From: Deferribacterales bacterium
GTDB lineage: Bacteria > Chrysiogenota > Deferribacteres > Deferribacterales > Geovibrionaceae
Assembly (NCBI GenBank): GCA_050253075.1
Contig: JBFWJS010000003.1
Coordinates: forward strand, 85,458-149,457
Length of the DNA: 64,000 nucleotides
Reading direction: 5' to 3'
Every line of letters begins with the position of its first letter. Position 1 is the first letter of the stretch. The translations under genes and the position numbers were made by a program. The notes under the pieces were generated by a model that saw only the letters and a program-made list of their open reading frames with translations, searched no databases and had not been told where the DNA came from. Below are positions 56,772 to 64,000 of the stretch, piece after piece.

Positions 56772-57532
56772 TGTAGAAACATCTCGTAAAGAGTAAGGAA
56801 TATCTCCACCACGATCAGTATCACAATGTACCATTCCACACGCAGAGAGTGAGACTTGTTTATCAGCTCGAGCTGTGTTTCTGCTGTGAGCGATATCAGC
56901 TCCAGCTTTTTCTGCAGGGCGGAGTTACGCTCGGCTATCTCAAATTCATCTTCCAGTTTCAGATAGAATTTCTCAAGCTCGGGGTGCTCCCAGAGTGTTT
57001 CAGGCTTTTCATTCACCTCGACCCTTCCCACCAGCATCTGCTGTATGAGCAGTGTCGCACCTATCCTGTGTATGAGCTCTTTAGAGCGTATCTTCTGTTT
57101 ATATCCCTTCATCAGCCTGCGGGCGAGTGGCTCTATCTCTGTGAAGACAGCCGCCATAGCAGCCTCGTATCTCTCGAGCATAACGCTCTTGGCCAGTATG
57201 TCCGCCATGACGAGTACATTGTCCTTTGTCAGCTCCTGCAGCATGATCTTTTCGCCGTCTATGGCATCTTCGTGATGCCCAAGTTTTATCTGTATGCTCT
57301 CTGCCATGTGCTGTATAGGAGTTTCCAGGTGTGGTTCTATCTCTTTCAGAATGTCCTGAAACTCTTTTTCATTGAGCCCTATGGTGACGATAACTCCGAA
57401 TCGGAAAGTGACTATCCACTGGTTTTCCCCCAGTTGAAAGCTGGACGGCAGATATGACATCCTCTGGCCTAGCTCGAGCTTTTTGGTAAGGATCTTTTCG
57501 CTGATACAAGTTGCTGTCATTGACAGATACAT
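56768..57532 (-). CDS. RMD1/DUF155 family protein
   Basis: FRFGVIVTIG, LAKSVMLERYE, PETLWEHPELE, EFEIAER, VEWYIVILIVVEI; ATG after GAGGTG RBS. Confidence 0.85.
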   Translation of the reverse strand: MYLSMTATCISEKILTKKLELGQRMSYLPSSFQLGENQWIVTFRFGVIVTIGLNEKEFQDILKEIEPHLETPIQHMAESIQIKLGHHEDAIDGEKIMLQELTKDNVLVMADILAKSVMLERYEAAMAAVFTEIEPLARRLMKGYKQKIRSKELIHRIGATLLIQQMLVGRVEVNEKPETLWEHPELEKFYLKLEDEFEIAERNSALQKKLELISLTAETQLELINKSHSLRVEWYIVILIVVEIFLTLYEMFLH

Positions 57533-57597
57533 ATGACTCACCTCAGTGTAGGACAGCTTAATGATAATACTTTTATTATAGAATACAATGGGATTTA

Positions 57598-57894
57598 TTA
57601 GGCAAGAATATCTATATTGTCACCAATGGAGCTTAAAAGGGATTTGTCTTTGTTTTCGGACTCATTTTCTGATTCTGTTTTTATGCCTTTTTTTTCGGCT
57701 TTATATTCATCTTCTTCTTTTTTGCTTATCCTGCCGTCGCCATCCTGATCATATTTGTCATATTCGCTCTTACTCACTCTATTATAGGCGATACTGTATG
57801 TGGTTGCGGTTTTTTCGCCGGATTCGTTTTTTTCATTTCCTCCCGCATGGGGGAAACCGGAATAGGACGACGGGGTAACATCTGATATATTCAT
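57598..57894 (-). CDS. Small hydrophilic protein with an EF-hand loop
   Basis: GAGGT RBS; DQDGDGRISKKE loop; C-terminal GDNIDILA. Confidence 0.7.
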   Translation of the reverse strand: MNISDVTPSSYSGFPHAGGNEKNESGEKTATTYSIAYNRVSKSEYDKYDQDGDGRISKKEEDEYKAEKKGIKTESENESENKDKSLLSSIGDNIDILA

Positions 57895-57924
57895 GCAATA
57901 CCTCTTAGATGTCGGATATAGTAA

Positions 57925-57951
57925 ATATCGTATAAAACCGCTATTTCTTTA
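57925..57951 (-). promoter_or_regulatory. Putative sigma-28 (FliA) promoter
   Basis: Minus strand TAAA-N15-TACGATAT versus consensus TAAA-N15-GCCGATAA. Confidence 0.5.
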
Positions 57952-58007
57952 AATAATATTGAGGCTGATGTGTTCGTTAGGTTTTTTATTAAAAAGGATA
58001 ATTGAGC

Positions 58008-59858
58008 TTATTTAATATTTGAATCTTCGATGGAGTATCTTTGAAAATACGGCAGTGTGATCTGTATGACGGCTCCGTCCAGCTCGTTGTATGCGGATAT
58101 TTTTCCGTCCATCTGCTCTTCTATCAGCACTCTGGCTATGTGCAGTCCGAGCCCTGTTCCTTTCCCTTCATCCTTTGTGCTGAAGTATGGGTTGAAAACC
58201 TTATCCATCAGCTCGACGGGGAATCCGCCGCCGTTGTCGGATATTTTCAAAATGATTTCGTTCACGGTTTTTGTCATGACAAGGCTGATAACACCTTTGT
58301 CGGTCTCGCCCTTTGTTATCCTCTCGTTGATGGCATAGACAGAGTTCTGCAGCAGGCTGAGTATCACCTGTTTGAACTCCTTTCGGTATCCGTACAGGAG
58401 CGTCTGGTCATATTCGCAGTCGGGGAGAGCTATCACGTCGGACGATGTATGGGAGCCCTTTGAGCAGTCGCACATAAAAGTGAAGACTATGCCTCTTGCC
58501 TTCCAGTAGGAAGACATAATGTGCGATATCTCCGCCAGCTCTGTAAGCACCACGAAATACTGCTTGCTCTCGTCGGGTCTCATGGAGCTCTGGAAGTCGT
58601 CTATGATCTTAGACATGTGCATTATCATCTTCATAGAATCATCTGTAAATATGTTTATGTATTCATCTGTAAGCTCACCCTTTTGATAGGCGTCCTGTAC
58701 ATCCTGCACATACAGGCCTATGGCATTAAGAGGCTGACGCCAGTGGTGTGCTATGGCGCATAACATCTCGCCCATGTCGGCGAGCCTCTTCTGATGTGCT
58801 ATGTGAGCCTGCTGTTCGCTGTTTTTCTGAACCTCTTCCTCAACCTTCGCCTGAAGCAGCATGTTGTGCCCGTTTAGCGAGTCGTAGAGCAGCTTATGAT
58901 CTATCTCCAGCTCTTTGATGGATTTCATAAAGCCGAGCCTTGTGACCAGCATTATCATCACCACGAGGAAACCTCCGAGCATCAGAGTTTTCAGAAACTG
59001 TTTTTCCAGCAGTGAGTGTATCTTTGTATTATCAAAGAGGAAAACGAAGTGTCCGACCTCTTTGCCGTCCAGTCCGAAGATGGGGTACTGATCTCTGAAA
59101 TCGTAATATTTGTCTTCGAATTCAAAGTAGCCGTCATTGGCATTGCCGTAAAAAGACTTGTAGAATTCTTTGAATATTTCGCTGTTGTTATTAACCTCTA
59201 CGTATCTGTCTTTGATGATGGGGTGCTCCTCTATCAGCTCTTTCGGCATATGGTCTTTGTCTATCAGAACACTGCTCAGGACTCCCTGCATTCGGTAGAC
59301 TATATTCATGAAGAAGTTTGCGGATACGCCTATTTCAAAGGTTCCGAGGAACTTTCCGTGGTTGTAAAGCGGTGTCATCAGGCGATAGAAAAGCCCGTAT
59401 TTTCCCATTTCGAAAAAGAACATCTGATTATTCTCTTTCTCTTCCATGTTCATGGATTCTCTGTATTCTGCGAGGTTGTCGCCGAAATGATCAGGCTTAT
59501 GCAGACGCAGGAAAGACGTATTATCAGGCAGATGAAACTGCATGATAGTCTGTCCGTAGAAATGGTTTGATATGGATGTATAGTATTTCTGAGAGTGGTA
59601 AAAGGTCTTTTCACGCTCTCTCTTTTCAAAGCTCTCGAGTATCTCTCTGTCTTTGGCTATGTTTGCGGCGTAGGACTTAAGGCTGAAGGTGACGGTCTGC
59701 ATGAACTGGTTGTAATAGTTGTCGAGCACCTGCGTATTCTGCTCTTCGAAAACGGTGTGAACCTGACGGTTCTGATCATTTTCCATCAAAGCATATACCA
59801 AGAGGGTCGTCAGGGCTATCGACAGGATTATCAGAAAGGTCTTACTGTAAATAGACAT
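58008..59858 (-). CDS. Cache-domain sensor histidine kinase
   Basis: QFHLPDNTSFLRLHKP..GDNL Cache motif, IAHHWRQPL, DNGGG, PYFSTK..GTGLGL; CDC insert before the N box. Confidence 0.9.
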   Translation of the reverse strand: MSIYSKTFLIILSIALTTLLVYALMENDQNRQVHTVFEEQNTQVLDNYYNQFMQTVTFSLKSYAANIAKDREILESFEKREREKTFYHSQKYYTSISNHFYGQTIMQFHLPDNTSFLRLHKPDHFGDNLAEYRESMNMEEKENNQMFFFEMGKYGLFYRLMTPLYNHGKFLGTFEIGVSANFFMNIVYRMQGVLSSVLIDKDHMPKELIEEHPIIKDRYVEVNNNSEIFKEFYKSFYGNANDGYFEFEDKYYDFRDQYPIFGLDGKEVGHFVFLFDNTKIHSLLEKQFLKTLMLGGFLVVMIMLVTRLGFMKSIKELEIDHKLLYDSLNGHNMLLQAKVEEEVQKNSEQQAHIAHQKRLADMGEMLCAIAHHWRQPLNAIGLYVQDVQDAYQKGELTDEYINIFTDDSMKMIMHMSKIIDDFQSSMRPDESKQYFVVLTELAEISHIMSSYWKARGIVFTFMCDCSKGSHTSSDVIALPDCEYDQTLLYGYRKEFKQVILSLLQNSVYAINERITKGETDKGVISLVMTKTVNEIILKISDNGGGFPVELMDKVFNPYFSTKDEGKGTGLGLHIARVLIEEQMDGKISAYNELDGAVIQITLPYFQRYSIEDSNIK

Positions 59859-60105
59859 AATGTCCTTCGTGTATGCGCATATACATAATGTTTATCACCG
59901 CTTAAATATAGAATGATATATATAGCATTACAACAGGAAAATAAGCCCTAATGACTCCGCTGGTTTAAGGGATAAAGTAATGAAAGGTTAAATAGTAGAT
60001 ACTGATTAGTAGTTTAGGAAGAGAAGTGCCGATATCCGGTTTTAAAGTGTTTTATGTATGGTTAAAATATTTAAGTAATAAAACAGTGGAAAATGAGTAA
60101 TGAAA

Positions 60106-60179
60106 CGCCCCCGGCATGACTCGAACATGCGGCCTCTGGATTAGGAATCCATCGCTCTATCCTCCTGAGCTACGGGGGC
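60106..60179 (-). tRNA. tRNA-Arg(CCT)
   Basis: GCCCCCG/CGGGGGC acceptor, GCTC-AGGAGGATA-GAGC D arm, TGGA-TTCCTAA-TCCA anticodon arm, GCATG-TTCGAGT-CATGC T arm; CCA not encoded. Confidence 0.96.
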
Positions 60180-60188
60180 GGCAAGGAA

Positions 60189-60217
60189 AAACTACTTACT
60201 TGTTCGGTTTTTGTCAA
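60189..60217 (-). promoter_or_regulatory. Sigma-70 promoter of tRNA-Arg
   Basis: TTGACA-17-TAGTTT, 10 bp upstream of the tRNA. Confidence 0.65.
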
Positions 60218-60363
60218 GATTATTCTTAAATTAGAATGTTTATCGTTACTTTGCTTGTAATAAATTTAAATTAGGAGTAAAAATATATTATATCAATTAT
60301 ACGCATTTATTTATTTTGTATTACACGAAGGCTTAACAATTATTGAGGGATTGATTTTCAGCT

Positions 60364-61488
60364 ATGAGTGATTTTAAATTTTATTCTCTGAATCTTGAAA
60401 AGTTCGGAGAAGACAATGACGTCCACAGACGGGTGTACATTATCCATTTCACCATGTCTCTCGGGATAATATTCCTTTTGTTTCTCGGCTCTGTAGCCCT
60501 TTATGAAAAGAATATACCGCTTGCTGTCACAGATTATCTGATAGCTCTTATGGTTATATTAAATCTGGTATATCTGCATAATACCAAGCGGATAGAGGTC
60601 TCTATACTGCTGGGTATAACTATGACCGCATGCTTCTTCTTCTGGCTTTTGATATACGGCGGGGTGGGGCGCACGGCATTTGTATGGTATTACACATTTC
60701 CTTTATATTCCGTATTTGTACTGGGGCCGAAGAGGGGGACTATAATGGCGGTGCTGCTGATAACGGCGGCTGTGATATTCTTTGCCGTTGATAAGCACTT
60801 TCCGACACTTGCCCAATATCCTATGGATTTTAAGATAAGGTTCGTTCCTTCATACCTCATCGTTGCGCTCTTTTCATATCTTTTGGAAAACTTCAGGGAC
60901 AGAACCCAGATAAAGCTCAAAACAGCATATGACACCATGGAGCTGAAAGTGCAGGAACGTACGGCAGAGCTTCAGGAAAAGAATGAACAGCTCCAGATAG
61001 TGTCTCAGACGGATGCCCTGACAGGGCTGAAAAACAGAATGAAGCTGGACGAGATGCTTCAGTATGAGATAGCCATGGCAGAAAGATACCCTGAGAGAAA
61101 GTTCTGCATTATACTGATGGATCTTGACCATTTCAAAAATGTAAACGATACGTACGGCCACATAGCGGGTGATCAGGTTCTGGTTAGGTTCGCCGCTGTA
61201 CTTAAAAAGAATACACGTTCCACAGACACGCTCGGCAGATGGGGCGGGGAAGAATTCCTTATGATATGCCCTTCTATGGATATAGATAATATCTATATGC
61301 TTGCCGAAAAGCTGCGTCGTGCCATCAGTGAAGAGGTCTTCCCTATCGTAGAGAGGCTCACTACCAGCGTCGGCGTAACTTGTTATAAAAAAGGCGATAA
61401 TATAAATTCTATTGTAAAACGTGCGGATAAGGCACTATATAAAGCTAAGGAAGAACGAAACATATGCTGTGTATGCAGCGAAGATTAA
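60364..61488 (+). CDS. Membrane-bound diguanylate cyclase
   Basis: Multiple N-terminal TM helices; DALTG, RSTD, RWGGEEF. Confidence 0.92.
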   Translation: MSDFKFYSLNLEKFGEDNDVHRRVYIIHFTMSLGIIFLLFLGSVALYEKNIPLAVTDYLIALMVILNLVYLHNTKRIEVSILLGITMTACFFFWLLIYGGVGRTAFVWYYTFPLYSVFVLGPKRGTIMAVLLITAAVIFFAVDKHFPTLAQYPMDFKIRFVPSYLIVALFSYLLENFRDRTQIKLKTAYDTMELKVQERTAELQEKNEQLQIVSQTDALTGLKNRMKLDEMLQYEIAMAERYPERKFCIILMDLDHFKNVNDTYGHIAGDQVLVRFAAVLKKNTRSTDTLGRWGGEEFLMICPSMDIDNIYMLAEKLRRAISEEVFPIVERLTTSVGVTCYKKGDNINSIVKRADKALYKAKEERNICCVCSED

Positions 61489-61499
61489 AAAGGTAAAAG

Positions 61500-62177
61500 A
61501 TGACATATCCATACATTCTGCTTTCTCAGGACGTGAGGGTAGAGCCTGTGGTCAGACTCAAAGGCAAACCCCTACTTTTCAGCATCAATGCTCCTTTTGC
61601 TAAAAAAGCGATGGAGCTTCAGGGCGATTCTAAAGCTATAAACGACTGGTTCGACGGTATGATCAGCTCAGGCGGAGCCGAATGGGCTCTCGGGCCGTAT
61701 CTGGAAGACAGAGAGAGCATACTGTCAGTATATCCGCAGATGCGTGGCGAGGCGAGATACTTCCATCTGGGTATAGACATATGCGCTCCCGCAGGCATGC
61801 CTGTCTATACACCTCTGGACGGAGTGGTAGAGGAATCGGGCTATGAAGAGGGCGAGGGGAACTATGGCGGATATGCCGTGGTCAGATATGATCTGGCCGA
61901 TTGTGAACCTTTTTATATGATGTATGGACACATGAACAGGTCTTCACTTCCTTCTGCCGGCGAGGCTTTGAAGGCAGGCGAGCAGGTCGCTCTGATAGGT
62001 GATCTGCATGAGAACGGCGGATGGAACCATCACACCCACATACAGATAATCACAGAAAAGGGTAAGTCTGAGGGCTATTTCTTCAAAGGATACTGCAGTG
62101 CGGAAAAGCTGAAAGAGGTCGAGCTTCTCTGCCCGAACCCTATGCCTATCATCACGGCAGGTTTTCAGAATTTATAA
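61500..62177 (+). CDS. M23-family metallopeptidase-like protein without signal peptide
   Basis: HLGID (HxxxD), GNYGG, MYGHM, ENGGWNHHTHIQ (HxH). Confidence 0.82.
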   Translation: MTYPYILLSQDVRVEPVVRLKGKPLLFSINAPFAKKAMELQGDSKAINDWFDGMISSGGAEWALGPYLEDRESILSVYPQMRGEARYFHLGIDICAPAGMPVYTPLDGVVEESGYEEGEGNYGGYAVVRYDLADCEPFYMMYGHMNRSSLPSAGEALKAGEQVALIGDLHENGGWNHHTHIQIITEKGKSEGYFFKGYCSAEKLKEVELLCPNPMPIITAGFQNL

Positions 62178-63083
62178 AACAGCCTGATTTGCGGCAGTTC
62201 TGTTACGTCCGCTCGATTTAGCTTTATAGAGTGCTTCGTCTGCGTCTTTTAACAGTTCTTCTGCAGTGTCAAAGAATTTCGAATCTGAAACGCCGAGGCT
62301 CACCGTTACCCGCAGGCTTATAGAGCCGTCTTCTATTACGGCTTCTTCTATCGCTTTACGCAGCCTCTCGGCCACCAGTTCGGCCTGATCCACGCTCTGG
62401 TTTATCAGCAGACACACGAATTCTTCACCGCCGTATCTGGCGAGGAAGTCCTCCGTGCGCAGTTTCTCCTTACACAGCTTTGCCACACGCTGAAGCACAA
62501 CGTCGCCCATCTGGTGTCCGTGTTCGTCATTTACCTTTTTGAAATGGTCTATGTCGAACATTATCACACCGAGTGACACGTCATCTCTTTTATGTCTCTG
62601 GAATTCTTCCTGCAGTCTGTGTTCGAATGTCCTGCGGTTATAAACGCCTGTAAGCCCGTCCACATAGCTCAGCTCTCTGAGGTGCTTTTCGAGTACGGCA
62701 TTTTCTGTCACGTCGTGGATGTTTATCATTATCCCTTCCACTTTCCCCGATTCGTTCTTTATGGGGATGAGGTAACAGCTCTGCTGCATATGCTCAAATA
62801 GTGTGGAGTACGAGCCCGCAAGCTGAAAAGGGAATAGGTATTTATGCAGTTTAGACGATAGGAATACGAGATTTCCAAAGGATAATACGCTCTTACACCC
62901 TCGTACAAAGCAGTTCCTGTTTAGCTCTGGGTATACGTCATAGATGTTTTTACCCATCACTTCTTCTGCGGATTTATCGCTGTAGATGTACATCCAGTTG
63001 TTCCAGTCGGTGATGTTCAGGTCGGTGTCGAGCATCACAATACCGATGTTTATGGAGTCGAGTACCTGTGCATAGCTGCTCAT
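62172..63083 (-). CDS. PAS-GGDEF diguanylate cyclase
   Basis: Start MSSYAQ overlaps upstream stop (ATGA); WNNWM PAS; DGLTG, RTED, RYGGEEF. Confidence 0.92.
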   Translation of the reverse strand: MSSYAQVLDSINIGIVMLDTDLNITDWNNWMYIYSDKSAEEVMGKNIYDVYPELNRNCFVRGCKSVLSFGNLVFLSSKLHKYLFPFQLAGSYSTLFEHMQQSCYLIPIKNESGKVEGIMINIHDVTENAVLEKHLRELSYVDGLTGVYNRRTFEHRLQEEFQRHKRDDVSLGVIMFDIDHFKKVNDEHGHQMGDVVLQRVAKLCKEKLRTEDFLARYGGEEFVCLLINQSVDQAELVAERLRKAIEEAVIEDGSISLRVTVSLGVSDSKFFDTAEELLKDADEALYKAKSSGRNRTAANQAVL

Positions 63084-63712
63084 TGGTAGCTCTCCATGAA
63101 TTCGGCGAGTGCCTTTTTCAGAGGAGCCACGGACTCTTCGCAGTTTACAAGGAAGAGGTAGCCCTGCACACATTTTTCGCTGAGGCAGAAGCTGGTTTCA
63201 AGCATGATTGCGAAATCTTCGCTTTTGAATCTGCCCTTGAACACGCTCTCCTCAAACTTCAGCCCGATGGATGTGTGTGGCGGTGTGTATACCACGGGTG
63301 TTTTCAGCAGGTCGAATATCTTGCTGACGCAGGCGCCTATGAGGATGTTTCCCACCTCGGAGAGAACCTCCCTCTGGATGTCGATGAACATGCCGTCGGT
63401 CTCTGACTCGTCCATGTGAAAGAGCGAGATGAACTCTCTCTCTGTACCGTATGGAAAGATGAGATAGGCGACGCCGTTGCTCGCACCCTTATATGCCTGT
63501 TCTATGATGTTGAATTTTAGTAGTTTATTAGTGTTTTCAGATATAGCAGAGGGGAGCTTCTGTACGCTGACAGTCTCCAGCTTTGGGAAGCTGAGCATGA
63601 CAGATACGTCGATGACCTCCGCAAGTTCTGCGGCAGCCTGTCCAAAGGCTATGTTCATAAGTTCCTGAAGAACATCAGTCTCTTCTGCAGAGAAAAATGC
63701 CTTATCGCTCAT
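63080..63712 (-). CDS. CheC-like aspartyl-phosphate phosphatase
   Basis: Two E-x2-N motifs: QELMNIAFGQAA and SEVGNILIGAC. Confidence 0.85.
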   Translation of the reverse strand: MSDKAFFSAEETDVLQELMNIAFGQAAAELAEVIDVSVMLSFPKLETVSVQKLPSAISENTNKLLKFNIIEQAYKGASNGVAYLIFPYGTEREFISLFHMDESETDGMFIDIQREVLSEVGNILIGACVSKIFDLLKTPVVYTPPHTSIGLKFEESVFKGRFKSEDFAIMLETSFCLSEKCVQGYLFLVNCEESVAPLKKALAEFMESYQ

Positions 63713-63715
63713 CTC

Positions 63716-64000
63716 CTACCCCTTTTTCGATTTGATAAAATCAGCTAATTCATAAACCGCATTGGTTATTGTTTCTTTCGTAGGCGGTTTCTTAAGAAAT
63801 TTATACGCACCGAGGGACATTACAGTTTCGTGTGTTTTTTTCTGTATGTCGGCAGTCAGCACATAGACTATGGCTTTGTTGTCTATCTGTTTCAGCTTTT
63901 CCAGTGCTTCCACACCGTCCATGACAGGCATGGTAAGGTCGAGAAAGACAAGGTCGGGCTGGTATTCGGGATATGTCTCTACACATTCTAGCCCGTTCAC
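63716..64000 (-). CDS. Single-domain CheY-like response regulator (5' end outside the window)
   Basis: FLDLTMPVMDG, LTAD, FLKKP. Confidence 0.88.
   Translation of the reverse strand: MNGLECVETYPEYQPDLVFLDLTMPVMDGVEALEKLKQIDNKAIVYVLTADIQKKTHETVMSLGAYKFLKKPPTKETITNAVYELADFIKSKKG

Noticed and set aside
60009..60035. Sigma-28 promoter at GCCGATAT
   Set aside because: Poor -35 match and the next feature is an antisense tRNA.
63084..63173. 30-aa N-terminal extension of the last cyclase
   Set aside because: It overlaps the CheC-like gene; the ATGA-coupled start at 63083 is more plausible.

Overview
A 64-kb bacterial chromosomal window. Gene content and style suggest an anaerobic Gram-negative respirer, plausibly Deferribacterota; this is inference only. 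From left to right: REP-like palindromic repeats; a periplasmic rhodanese with a divergent TetR regulator; a class III aminotransferase coupled to asnS; a PecS-like MarR/EamA pair; tRNA-Leu(TAA). Next is an AT-rich islet bounded by 34-bp direct repeats, encoding a GHKL/MORC-type ATPase fused to a C-terminal TIR domain and a convergent C5-cytosine methyltransferase, with no recognisable nuclease: a candidate undescribed anti-phage system. An unannotated 58-aa secreted peptide under a sigma-54 promoter lies divergent from a QseE/QseG/QseF (GlrKR)-like module. Sensor kinases, an HD-GYP protein and a CpxAR-like pair with an RND pump follow. An ~18-kb locus (26.4-44.5 kb) encodes nine multiheme c cytochromes (87 CXXCH plus 7 CX3-4CH motifs by my hand count, one protein with 28), a cytochrome b, a beta-barrel porin and accessory proteins; it looks like a complete quinol-to-surface extracellular electron transfer chain. 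The right end holds lysA, an Amt-GGDEF fusion, a ybiH/ybhGFSR-like ABC operon, four more diguanylate cyclases, tRNA-Arg(CCT) and a CheY/CheC/DGC operon cut by the window edge. All calls come from motif reading; no database searches were run.
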